Below are positions 1-12,233 of a stretch of DNA of 64,000 nt, in pieces (position 1 is the stretch's first letter; every line of letters begins with the position of its first letter). The stretch is from Takakia lepidozioides (taxonomy: Eukaryota > Plantae > Bryophyta): the NCBI GenBank assembly GCA_030704615.1, contig CM060733.1, positions 14,694,001-14,758,000 on the forward strand, written 5' to 3'. The notes below the pieces were generated by a model, which had not been told where the DNA came from, did no database searches, and saw only the letters and a program-made list of their open reading frames with translations. A program made the position numbers and the translations under genes.

Positions 1-1049
1 TTTGGGATTGAAGGGGATGCTGAGATTTACAAGAACCTCCTGATGGGTTTGGGTAGACACACTTCTCAAGTCCTTCCGAAGCCCCATCCCGCTGATACTG
101 ATACAAAGGGGACTTCTGACAAGGAGCTGGACTCCGACTTTGCCTGTGAGTAAGTTCAACCTGTGCATGCTTGCATTGTTGTTTCAATATCGAGAATCGC
201 TGTTCTTGAGGCAAAGTGCACATGGGAGATATCCTCTTTGTTGGACTTGTGCATTGCATCATTGTGTTAAAAATGGGGTTTTGTGGACATGTGCAGGAGT
301 CCGCGTGCTTCCACTTGCCCTCCAGGGCTATCACACCTATTTGGACTTGTTTGTAGTCCTCCTCGGTCTTGCGTGCTACCTATCTATGCGGAGGCACTCG
401 CAGCAAGCATGTCCGTTCATGGCACTCGGAGTCCACCTTACGACGGCCTTCGTAGAACACGTGGTGTTGGGGCCAGAATCTTTGTAGATGACATAGCACA
501 GGAGGTGGACACTGATTGTGATGACTGCGACACTTGATATGAAGTTTTCTTTTGGTTTAATTCTGGGCCAAATTTGAAATGGGATGGTTGTGTGTCCTTG
601 TTGTCCTATTTGCAATGTGTGCGTGGAATTCACATTCATGGTTACAAACTATTGTTGGAGATGGGGGTTGCATGGACTGCCTGGATTGTTCCTTCAATCT
701 ATTTGGTGTTTTGTGGACCTCACAGACTTGAGTACATTGCGAAAACAAACAAACCACTTTGGTTCGTGTAGAGCATTCTCGCATCATTTGCTAGTTGGTC
801 CCCAAACTATTCCTGCTAGAAGAATGGTTGGTGAATCCATCACGGTGAAGTCCACCTCATCAAAAACTGTTCAGGCATTCTCAATTCTACCCACATCAAC
901 CCGCGGAAATAGGTGACACCACTCGGAAATAGGTGACATCCGCGGAAATAGGCACTGTTTGCATGCTGACGTGGCGTGAGCCTATGCTGGGCTCACGCTT
1001 TCCTGGGCTCACAGGCTCACGCCTCCGGGCTCACGGAATAGCACCCCAC
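1..1049. mobile_element. Right end of a Mutator-like DNA transposon (second copy of the 5571-16134 family), cut by the window start
   Basis: 325-890 aligns with ~15041-15600, and 895-1049 aligns with ~16000-16134, including the terminus ...GGGCTCACGGAATAGCACCCC(A/C)C. Retroelement gag sequence (cf. 17563 onward) resumes at 1050. Confidence 0.85.
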
Positions 1050-1800
1050 CTTTGTCCTCACCCCTTGGTAGTTCCCTCTCAACTGTTCGAAGAACTCCAC
1101 AACAGGGTTGAAGGCAGGCACGGGTACTGGTGCAGGTGCGGTAGTGGCTTGGGTGGACGTCGTAGCTACGGTACCACCGGTCCTACTAATCCCACTGCTG
1201 CTTGCTGAACCTGCCGGTGCAGCGGCAGGTGTAGCCACTGCCCTCGTGACTCTAGTGCCCCTAGTGATGGAGACATAGTCGGGTGACCAGTACATCCTCC
1301 ACTCCTCGATCTCAACCTCATGCCCCCACCTGAACTCATGGTAATCATCCATAGACGGCCCCTCAAGGTGCTGAAACAGCCCCTTCCATGCCATGAAAGG
1401 CGTAAATAGTTGTGGATTGCGCATTTGCTGCAAATCACACCAACTATCAAACTCTTGCACAAAATCATCCAACTCGATGGTGACCACCGCCCCAGAGTAC
1501 CTTCGTGGCCCCTTGGTAGCTCCATACATCTCCTCCATTGTGTCCCACAACAATGGTAAGGAAACAACTTGCACCGCCGGTACGAGTCATCCTGATTCAG
1601 AATCCGAATCAGAACCTTCCGTAGAAGACACAGGAGGTGAAGGTGGCCTAAACCGCACACCTCGTCTCGTGTACCCACTAGTATCGCTAGTGCTCAAACC
1701 GACACTATCCCCAGCAACTAATGGCACCTCCGTGTTGACACTCAACTGGTCATGAACATGTCCGTAACCCCCTCTCCACAAGGTAACCGGGTAAAGAACC
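1050..1800 (-). mobile_element. Ty3/gypsy retrotransposon copy 1: leader and 5' part of gag, interrupted by the DNA transposon at 1049/1050
   Basis: ORF 1017..1574 (TMEEMYGATKGPRRYSG...FDSWCDLQQMRNP...YWSPDYVSITRG...GNYQGVRT) is nearly identical to the gag pieces at 2901-3176 (+) and 17563-17806 (-). Confidence 0.85.
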
Positions 1801-2593
1801 TGTTGCGGCTTATGGTTTGGAATACTAGGTTCCTAACATAGCCTACACCTGTACCTGCATCCACCGCAAGCACTCCTATGGTTGGCTGGTCATTACCTCC
1901 AACCTCACCACAGGAGAAATAATGATGGTCTGGCTGGTCATCACCCCAGCCTCACCATCGATAGCATGCTCTAGGACTGGCTGGTGATCAAATCCGGACC
2001 AATCACCTATAAAAACAAGCGCCCACACAAAACTAGCATGGCGCACAGTCAAGCATGCAAGTATGGAGGGGATCCAAACACAAGAAATCAGAATGACAAC
2101 TCCCCCACACCAAAAACAACTCCACGGTGTTGCTCCTGCAAGGACACCCCAGCCCAAACCCGGACTGACTCTTGCCTCCACCTACGGAAAGGTCTTGGCC
2201 TAATGAGAGGGTGGAAACTACGAGGAAGAGAAGCTAAAGCAATGCCTAACCCCAGCATGCCCTCATCCCAACACTCTTCCTCTCCTCTCTTCCCTCACTT
2301 TGCATGACCATGGGAATATCATGAAGATACTCCTCAAACCGCCCTCCACGAGCTTCAAAATTCGGCCTTCAAGACCACATGCCAGTCCTTACGCAGTCCA
2401 CCAGTTCCTCCACGAGTCAGCACAGGCCGTCCACAGGTCAACACGGGCCACCACAGACCAGCACAGACCCACACAGCTCACTGATCACAGCCGTCACAGC
2501 CCCACACAGGCCACAGCCTGTCACAGCCCTACACAGGTCACAGGGTCACAGCCCCAAAGGCCACATATCACGTAGTGGTAAAATAACTTGACA
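1801..2593 (-). mobile_element. Putative 5' LTR of retrotransposon copy 1
   Basis: The minus strand begins TGTCAAGTTATTTTACCACTA, identical to the first 21 nt of the LTR at 20800, and ends ...GCAACA just upstream of the gag leader. The interior is unlike the 20800 LTR and the 3' boundary is inferred. Confidence 0.55.
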
Positions 2594-2745
2594 CGGTGAA
2601 TGAATTAGGAACTCGATATGTGTCGGCTACTTGCAAACACATGCTCATGGGTTAGGTTTGAGTCCCGCTATTTTTTGAACCGTGTGTATCTTGCCATTTT
2701 TCAAAATTCAAAAATTAAAAAAAAACTCAAAATTAAAAATACAAG

Positions 2746-2766
2746 TTTAGGGTTTAGGGTTTAGGG
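2746..2766 (+). repeat. Interstitial plant telomeric repeat (TTTAGGG)3
   Basis: Three exact TTTAGGG units, directly abutting the truncated 5' end of retrotransposon copy 2. Confidence 0.85.
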
Positions 2767-3176
2767 CCACTAGTTGCTGGGGACAGTGCCGGTTCGAGCA
2801 CTAGCGATACTAGTGGGTACACGAGACGAGGTGTGCGGTTTAGGCCACCTTCACCTCCTGTGTCTTCTATGGAAGGTTCTGATTCGGATTGTGAATCAGG
2901 ATGACTCATACCGGCGGTGCAAGTTGTTTCTTTGCCACAATGGAGGAGATGTATGGAGCTACCAAGGGGCCACGAAGGTACTCTGGGGCGGTGGGCACCA
3001 TCAAGTTGGATGATTTTATCCAAGAGTTTGATAGTTGGTGTGATTTGCAGCAAATGCGCAATCCACAACTATTTACGCCTTTCATGGCATGGAAGGGGCT
3101 GTTTCAGCACCTTGAGGGGCCGCCTATGGATGATTACCATGAGTTTAGGCGGGGGCATGAGGTTGAGATCGAGGAG

Positions 3177-3620
3177 CCCCCAGAATGTCGTCTTCTGCTT
3201 GTCCGCCTCCTTGATTGGCAACTGGTGATATCCGGATCGTAAATCCAAAGTGCTAAAGACCTTAGCATGCCCGATGGCATCAAAGATCTCCTCTGGTGTT
3301 GGCATGGCATACTTATCGGACTTGGTCTGATGATTTACAGGCCGGTAATCACCGCACATACGTCTCTCCGTCCAATTGCCATAGACATCCTATTTGGCTG
3401 GCATCACTGTGGCTGAAGCATACTCTCCACCAGAGAGCTCCACCAAACCTGCCTCCCAGAGATCTTGAGTCCTCATCTGGATCAAAGACCTCTCCATGTC
3501 ACTGTATCTATAGGGTCTCCGAAAGATTGGCGGGTCAATGACCAACTCAATACGGATCTCTTGACCCTTCAGTGCTCCCAAGTCCTTCAAACTGAAGGCA
3601 AAGCAATTCCTGTAAGCCCT
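3177..3620 (-). pseudogene. Reverse transcriptase N-terminal half (inside the inverted segment)
   Basis: PIFRRPYRYS...YASATVMPAK*DVYGNWTERRMCGDYRPVN...DKYAMPTPEEIFDAIGHAKVFSTLDLRSGYHQ...KTTFWG; one in-frame stop at 3390. Confidence 0.92.
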
Positions 3621-3929
3621 CAGGAACCGCCATATACGTCGTCTCTCTCCTCTGGTGACAATGGGTACAATGTCAGGCTCCCAATTGTCCTCCGTAACTG
3701 CAACCTTAAGTCCAGTGGGCTTAGAGGTAGAGGACGCGTCTAGTGGTTGCTATGTTGCATCCTCTTGAGCAGTACTCCTTACCTGCTCAGTCAGTGACAA
3801 GGCCTCATCCTGCCCCATCATCTCATCCTCAAGGACTTCCTCCACCCGAGAAAAATCCCCAACCTCATCTTTCATCGCCACCTTGGCTGCCAACTCCCTT
3901 TGAACCTCACTTGACGACGTGATGCCTCA

Positions 3930-4775
3930 AAAAGAGACGACACCGCTATGGTACCAGTGGTAAAACCCATTGCCCACTCACACACGTCAGCATTAGGCTC
4001 CACTAACTACTGCAACTGAGCATCCCACAGGAGGCCAGGTCCACTATCCCGGAAAGCATGCGATCCTGGGAAGCTGAGCAGTGTAGGTAATGCTGCTCGT
4101 GGTTGACCCACCTTGTTGACCACTGCCAAAGGCGAACCGTCATCGTGTCTCACACGCTGAGACTGCCTCCCTGTGTCCAGAATGCTATCCACTGTGAGAT
4201 GTGCTGGCCGCTGCACCCCATCAAATGCACGCTTGAGCAGTGCGGGTGACATCACTGTAGCTGCATCTAGTAACACTGCTGACCCAAGCCACGACCGGAC
4301 TTGATGCACACTGGCCATCACCTGGCCCGAGAATCGCCCATCAGTGGCACATTCTCCAAGATGTATGCTAGAGATACAGCTTGATGAAGCTGCAAGTGGC
4401 GCAAAACCCGCACCATCTCCCAAAACAGACCCGACCTCGAGTCTCGCAATCCATTGTCATGCCCGGCTGATGAATGCCCTTGGCAGGGCCAACCTGCCAC
4501 TACCAGATCAATGGAGCCAACCCGCTCCAAATCCTGCGCCCCCAGCAATGAAATGTCTGCTGGCAAGGCCTGCTGATATCCACGAATTGCAGACACCGAC
4601 AACAACTCAGGGTACCGCTGCACCAACTGAGCAACATGGCGAAGTGAAATGCGTCGTGCAGTCTCATCCCTCTCCACATACAGGTAACGCCGAACTCGTA
4701 CACCTGCCTGTAACACAGCAGCCAATCCGGTGCTGATCCCGCCAAACAAGTCCAGAAGACAAATGCCTTCATCCA
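3930..4775 (-). pseudogene. C5 cytosine DNA methyltransferase domain embedded in the retrotransposon pol
   Basis: Motif I LLDLFGGI, motif II YVERD, motif IV DLVVAGWPCQG (catalytic PC), SGLF, motif VI YILENV. After a frameshift near 4320 it reads LLDAATV...LPTL...EPNADVCEWAMGF (motif IX-like). It is in frame with the upstream protease; there is a stop at 4007 and no motif VIII RxR is visible. Confidence 0.9.
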
Positions 4776-5169
4776 GATACTGCCACATAATAGGTGTGGT
4801 GTCCAATGGAGACAACTGAGGTGGTCCTGGTGCAATCCCCGCACTCTCCTCCTCTCCTGACGGTACAAAAGCCTCCACCCAGGCTTGTTGCACCCGTCGA
4901 TCAGCATCCCGCTGCAAATCCTTGCTCGTGCCCCACAATGGAGTCTGAGCAACCATGGTAGGCAACTCCGCCATACCATACATATCATCCTGCTCTCCCA
5001 GAGGTGGCACATCCTCTGAATGAGCGTTGTCCTCAAGCAGCTCTCCGGGCCAATTCACTGCCGCTGTGAATGCTGCTAGTGTCGGCATCTTGCCTCGTTG
5101 GGCAACCGCAACTCCTCCTATGAACGTCACAGGGAGCTGCACACGCCGGCCCTCCCCTGACTGCCATCC

Positions 5170-5570
5170 AGGCCTATAGGAAGCTGAATCCTCCCAAAAA
5201 TCTAGGGTGAAGCCCATGGGGTACAACACTGCCCCACCAACCAGGAAATCGTACGAGACCGCGTCTGTCACAATGGCCTTGGTTCGCATTACTGAGCCAT
5301 CTGTAGGGTGATCCGGCCGTAGTCTGATAGCCAACTCATGCCGTGGCATGCCCCGAGCCTGCTCCGATCCTCCCAGAGACGTCTGTATCTGGAAAGGACA
5401 AGGCTCCATATCCGCCTCCGTGAGGCCCAAGCCTGCAATAGCAGCTCTGCCCAACATCAATGGCTGAGATCCCGAGTCCAACAAGACCCGCAGTGGCCGG
5501 TACCTCTTGCCTGCCGGTCCACTCAAACAGAAAATGCCATCCTGGTTGTCTAACATGACAACTCCAGGTG
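5170..5570 (-). pseudogene. Retroviral-type aspartic protease domain
   Basis: RVLLDSGSQPLMLG active-site motif and YDFLVGG C-terminal motif in ORF 4318..5622. Confidence 0.85.
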
Positions 5571-5989
5571 CAGCGTAGCTACGGCGTGAGCCCAGCCCCG
5601 TGAGCCTGGGAGCTGAGCTCACGTTGAAGCTGCAAAGCGTGAGCTGAGCTCACACTTCAGGGAAGCGTGAGCGGCACAAATCTGCTGGAGAAGCAGGTCC
5701 TATAGGCGAGGATTGCAGGAAGAGGGCCTATTACCGTGGACAAAACAAAGGGGGCCACCATGCACCGTGTCTGCAATGCCTGCACAAAAAGAGGAATATG
5801 AAAATATGGCAGATTTGAGCTCAGAATGATTGACACACTTTATTTGAATTCACAGATAGACGCTTACAATGAATGGCATGTGCATTTACCCTGGTTCCGT
5901 GAACGAAATGTATGTGTTTGTCATAAATGCAAAGTCTTCACACGGTAACCTGGAAACCAGCATGGGAAGCGGGCATGGCTCGTATGTGT

Positions 5990-7203
5990 TCAAAGAGAAT
6001 TTGGCGGAGCCCCACGTGAGGTGTCCCGCTGCAGAAGGGTGATGACTTCTCCGTAGCCTAGTGTGGCTTGGTGAATGAATTGGTCTCTCTTACCGTCGCA
6101 ACACATAATTACAAGGTATATGTAATATTGATGCTTGCAGAGGATCCACTTCCCTCTCATGCCGAGAGCGCCCTCACGCATCGTTACAAAATCCGGACAA
6201 GTGCATTTAGGGAAATTCCCCACGGTAACCTGATATTCTTTGCCATGAAAAATTGAGCCAATAGACAGCACTGTGTAAATCCGTCCATACCCCGGGGCAG
6301 GGACTTCAGTGATACGAGTCACCCGAGCCTGCAAAATTCTAGCCGATTCCATCTTGCATTTGTGATTTGCACCCGATTCGTCATCAGCCGATTAGCGCTG
6401 TTTCTCAGCCGAGGGCAAGAAATATTCACGCACTTGCAATGCCCAACGCAAACCGACCTTCGAAATTTCAATCCAATGTCGTTGTGGATGTTCGATGTTT
6501 TTGTCATGCACCAAGGGTGTCCGTCATGTTTCTTGTCCATGCCTTGCAGAAGCCTAGCCAGTCCACTGGAAGACGTGGGAGGGTTGAGCTCAAACAAGAT
6601 GTCCCCATCAAACTTTGTTGGCACGTATTGAACCCACTGCACACGAAGGGACTCCCAATCAACAAAACGCAGCTCGCTCTTGCACCCAGGCACCCTGCGA
6701 GGGCTTTCAATTTCGGAATGACACTCGTTATCTCCTGCAATTCGTCATCATCCAAGATGGGAGTCTGCACTGGCGGAGGAATCTCAGAAACATCCTCCGA
6801 GGACGAGTCTGAAAGAGTCACGAATGTAGTGGATGTGCTCACCTCTTGTTTCACATGAACTGTGCCCTTCTGCTGCACGACTGATGCTGCAGTGCCAGGG
6901 GTAACTACTGATCCTGCTGATTGTCTTCTCTCTTTTCCAAGGACACAGGAAGTGCCTGGAAGGACTCTCCACTTCCTTCCACACTCGCCAACCAATGGTT
7001 TCTCCAAGTGCCCAGAATCCAAATTCCCATCCTCGTCATACACCTCTTTTTGAACAAGCAGAGAACCCAATTCCAGCGGGAACACTGTAACCAGCTCATC
7101 CTCATGAACAACTGCAAACCCATTGTCGTCTGTAGTGGTAGTCAGTGGAAGACTACCTGCATTGGAATGAAATCGAGCGAGTCTATCTTGCTCCCTCGAC
7201 ATG
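5990..7203 (-). pseudogene. Internally deleted, frameshifted transposase-like gene: N-terminal region, WRKY/GCM1-like Zn domain, C-terminal SWIM finger
   Basis: Overlapping ORFs 6504..7367, 6319..6693 (DGHPWCMTKTSN...FRRSVCVGHCKCVNISCP, GCM-like) and 5990..6352 (YQVTVGNFPKCTCPDF...CKH, SWIM CxCxnCxH). No DDE core is seen between them. Confidence 0.7.
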
Positions 7204-7559
7204 TTTTCCTCCACTGACCAAAAATTGCGATTCACAACGGAATCCCCGAACTGATAGCCCGTAATTCTCGAAAAGGGATCCACCACAAACAAACTGAGGT
7301 CAATAAGGTTAGCACTAACCCAAAGACTGTGGGCGATGCCTGCAAAGGATGTAGGAATGACATGCACCGAACTTCGCAGACAACCACACTGAGAGACACC
7401 AACCAGAAAAACTGTTTAGGGTGACAAGAAGCCACAAGAAGCCGTGTTGTATTTGGATGAAAAACAAACCCTAAACATGACATGAAACCATCAATTATGG
7501 AAAGACGACAACAACCCTAGAGAGCAGTAAACAGGAAGACCCCGAATGTAATGAGGTTG

Positions 7560-8383
7560 TGTTGTGCACCTTGTCATTGTTTTTTTCATTTGGAATCGGC
7601 CTTATAGGGTATCTCTTTGAGCTTCAATGCACACTTACCTGGCAGCTCTAGCAGTGTGTGTCAACGCACACTGTTTGAGCCCACCTTGTCATTCTTTTTT
7701 TCATTTGGAAATCGGCCTCATAGGCATCTCTTTGTTGTTCAATGCACACTTACCTGTCAGCTCCAGCAGTGTGCGTCAACGCACACTATTTGAGCCCACC
7801 TTGTCATTGTTTTTTTTCATGTGAAAATCGGCCACATAGGGCATCTCTTTGAGCTTCAATAAACACTTACGTGGTAGCTCCAGCAGCATGCGTCAATGCA
7901 CACTGTTTGAGCCCACCATGTCATTATATTTTTAATCTGAAAATCGGCCCCATAGGGCATCTCTTTGAGCTTCAATGCACACTTACGTGGCAGCTCAAAT
8001 AGTGTGCGTCAACGCACACTGTTTGAGCCCAACTTGTCATTGTTTTTTTCATGTGAAAATTGGCCACATAGCGCATGTATTTGAGGTTCAATGCAGACCT
8101 ACCTGGCAGCTCAAACAGTGTGCGTCAACGCACACTGTTCCAGCCCACCATGTCATTGTTTTTTTTATATGAAAATCGGCCACATAGGGCATCTCTTTTA
8201 GCCTCAATACACACTTACGTGGCAGATCAAACAGTGTGCGTCAACGCACACTGTTTGACCCCAACATGTCTTTATTTTTTTCATGTGAAAATCGGCCACA
8301 TAGAGCATGTATTTGAGGTTCAATGCAGACTGACGTGGCAGCTCAAACAGTGTGCGTGAACACACACTGTTGCAGGCATCCAT

Positions 8384-8418
<35 letters not shown>

Positions 8419-8956
8419 AAAATCGGCCACATAGGGCATCTCAAGGCAGCTCCAGCAGTGTGCGTCAACGCACACTGTTTGAGAACACCATGTCATTATT
8501 TTTTTAATCTGAAAATCGGCCACATAAGGCATCTCTTTGAGCTTCAATGCACACTTACGTGGCAGCTCAAATAGTGTGCGTCAACGCACACTGTTTGAAC
8601 CCAACTTGTCATTGTTTTTTTCATGTGAAAATTGGCCACATAGGGCATGTATTTGAGGTTCAATGCAGACTTACCTGGCAGCTCAAACAGTGTGCGTCAA
8701 CGCACACTGTTCCAGCCCACCATGTCAGTGTTTTTTTTTATATGAAAATCGGCCGCATAGGGCATCTCTTTTAGCCTCAATACACACTTACGTGGCAGCT
8801 CAAACAGTGTGCGTCAACGCACACTGTTTGACCCCAACATGTCTTTATTTTTTTCATGTGAAAATCGGCCACATAGGACATGTATTTGAGGTTCAATGCA
8901 GACTTACGTGGCAGCTCAAACAGTGTGCGTCAACGCACACTGTTGCAGGCATCCAT

Positions 8957-8991
<35 letters not shown>

Positions 8992-10472
8992 AGAATCGGC
9001 CACATAGGGCATCTCAAGGCAGCTCCAGCAGTGTGCGTCAACACACACTGTTTGAGCACACCATGTCATTATTTTTTTAATCTGAAAATCGGCCACATAA
9101 GGCATCTCTTTGAGCTTCAATGCATACTTACGTGGCAGCTCAAATAGTGTGCGTCAACGCACACTGTTTGAACCCAACTTGTCATTGTTTTTTTCATGTG
9201 AAAATTAGCCACATGGGGCATGTATTTGAGGTTAAATGCAGACTTACCTAGCAGCTCAAACAGTGTGCGTCAACGCACACTGTTCCAGCCCACCATGTCA
9301 TTGTTTTTTTTTATATGAAAATCGGCCACATAGGGCATCTCTTTTAGCCTCAATACACACTTACGTGGCAGCTCAAACAGTGTGCGTCAACGCACACTGT
9401 TTGACCCCAACATGTCTTTATTTTTTTCATGTGAAAATTGGCCACATAGGGCATGTATTTGAGGTTCAATGCAGACTTACGTGGCAGCTCAAACAGTGTG
9501 CGTCAACGCACACTGTTGCAGGCATCCACGTTTTTATTTTTATTTTTATTTTTATTTTTCTGAAAATCGGCCACATAGGGCATCTCAAGGCAGCTCCAGC
9601 AGTGTGCGTCAACGCACACTGTTTGAGCACACCATGTCATTATTTTTTTAATCTGAAAATCGGCCACATAAGGCATCTCTTTGAGCTTCAATGCACACTT
9701 ACGTGGCAGCTCAAAGAGTGTGCATCAACGCACACTGTTTGAGCCCAACTTGTCATTGTTTTTTTCATGTGAAAATTGGCCACATAGGGCATGTATTTGA
9801 GGTTCAATGCAGACTTACCTGGCAGCTCAAATAGTGTGCGTCATCGCACACTCTTCCAACCAACCATGTTTTTATTTTATTTTATTTTTTTATTTTTATT
9901 TTTAAAATAAAAATCGGCCACATAGGGCATCTCTTTGAGCTTTAATGCACACTTACGTGGCAGCTCCAGCAGTGTGCGTCAACGCACACTGTTCGGGTCC
10001 ACCATGTCATTATTTTTTTAATCTAAAAATCGGTCACATATGGCATCTCTTTGAGCTTCAATGCACACTTACGTGGCAGCTCAAATAGTGTGCGTCAACG
10101 CACACTGTTTGAACCCAACTTGTCATTGTTTTCTTCATGTGAAAAATTGGCCACATAGGGCATGTATTTGAGGTTCAACGCAGACTTACCTGGCAGCTCA
10201 AACAGTGTGCGTCAACGCACACTGTTCCAGCCCACCATGTCATTGTTTTTTTTTATATGACAATCGGCCACATAGGGCATCTCTTTTAGCCTCAATACAC
10301 ACTTACGTGGCAGCACAAACAGTGTGCGTCAACGCACACTGTTTGACCCCAACATGTCTTTATTTTTTTCATGTGAAAATTGGCCACATAGGGCATGTAT
10401 TTGAGGTTCAATGCAGACTGACGTAGCAGCTCAAACAGTGTGCGTCAACGCACACTGTTGCAGGCATCCATG

Positions 10473-10503
<31 letters not shown>

Positions 10504-12188
10504 TAAATCGGCCACATAGGGCATCTCAAGGCAGCTCCAGCAGTGTGCGTCAACGCACACTGTTTGAGCACACCATGTCATTATTTTTTTCATCTGAAAA
10601 TCGGCCACATAAGGCATCTCTTTGAGCTTCAATGCACACTTACGTGGCAGCTCAAATAGTGTGCGTCAACGCACACTTTTTGAGCCCAACTTGTCATTGT
10701 TTTTTTCATGTGAAAATTGGCCATATAGGGCATGTATTTGAGGTTCAATGCAGACTTACGTGGCAGCTCAAACAGTGTGCGTCAACGCACACTGTTGCAG
10801 GCATCCACGTTTTTACTTTTATTTTTATTTTTATTTTTCTGAAAATCGGCCACATAGGGCATCTCAAGGCAGCTCCAGCAGTGTGCGTCAACGCACACTG
10901 TTTGAGCACACCATGTCATTATTTTTTTCATCTGAAAATCGGGCACATAAGGCATCTCTTTGAGCTTCAATGCACACTTACGTGGCAGCTCAAATAGTGT
11001 GCGTCAACGCACACTTTTTGAGCCCAACTTGTCATTGTTTTTTTCATGTGAAAATTGGCCACATAGGGCATGTATTTGAGGTTCAATGCAGACTTACCTG
11101 GAAGCTCAAACAGTGTGCGTCAACGCACACTGTTCCAGCCCACCATGTCAATGTTTTTTTTTATATGAAAATCGGCCACATATGGCATCTCTTTTAACCT
11201 CAATACACACTTACGTGGCAGCTCAAACAGTGTGCGTCAACGCACACTGTTTGACCCCAACATGTCTTTATTTTTTTCATGTGAAAATTTGCCACATAGG
11301 GCATGTATTTGAGGTTCAATGCAGACTTACGTGGCAGCTCAAACAGTGTGCCTCAACGCACACTGTTGCAGGCATCCACGTTTTTTTTTGTTTTTCTGAA
11401 AATCGGCCACAGAAGGCATCTCTTTGAGCTTCAATGCACACATACGTGGCAGCTTAAATAGTGTGCGTCAACGCACACTGTTTGAGCCCAACTTGTCATT
11501 GTTTTTTTCATGTGAAAATTGGCCACATAGGGCATGTATTTGAGGTTCAATGCAGACTTACCTGGCAGCTCAAATAGTGTGCGTCATCGCACACTGTTCC
11601 AACCAACCATTTTTTTTTTTTTTTTAATTTTTTTTTTAATTTTTTTTTGAAAATCGGCCACATAGGGCATCTCAAGGCAGCTCCAGCAGTGTGCGTCAAC
11701 GCACACTGTTTGAGCACACCATGTCATTATTTTTTTCATCTGAAAATCGGCCACATAAGGCATTTCTTTGAGCTCCATTGCACACTTACGTGGCAGCTCA
11801 AATAGTGTGCGTCAACGCACACTTTTTGAGCCCAACTTGTCATTGTTTTTTTTCATGTGAAAATTGGCCACATAGGGCATGTATTTGAGGTTCAATGCAG
11901 ACTTACCTGGCAGCTCAAACAGTGTGCGTCAACGCACACTGTTCCAGCCCACCATGTCAATGTTTTTTTTTATATGAAAATCGGCCACATATGGCATCTC
12001 TTTTAGCCTCAATACACACTTACGTGGCAGCTCAAACAGTGTGCGTCAACGCACACTGTTTGACCCCAACATGTCTTTATTTTTTTCATGTGAAAATTTG
12101 CCACATAGGGCATGTATTTGAGGTTCAATGCAGACTTACGTGGCAGCTCAAACAGTGTGCCTCAACGCACACTGTTGCAGGCATCCAC

Positions 12189-12233
<45 letters not shown>

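Noticed and set aside
1785-1800. Primer-binding site after the putative 5' LTR
   Set aside because: It reads GGTTCTTTACC rather than a TGG tRNA-type PBS, and I found no complementary stretch in the LTR to support self-priming. Left unassigned.
4318-5622. Stand-alone host or bacterial restriction-modification methyltransferase gene
   Set aside because: The domain is intronless, in frame with a retroviral protease and followed by RT. The ORF's first ~17 codons come from the inserted transposon end.
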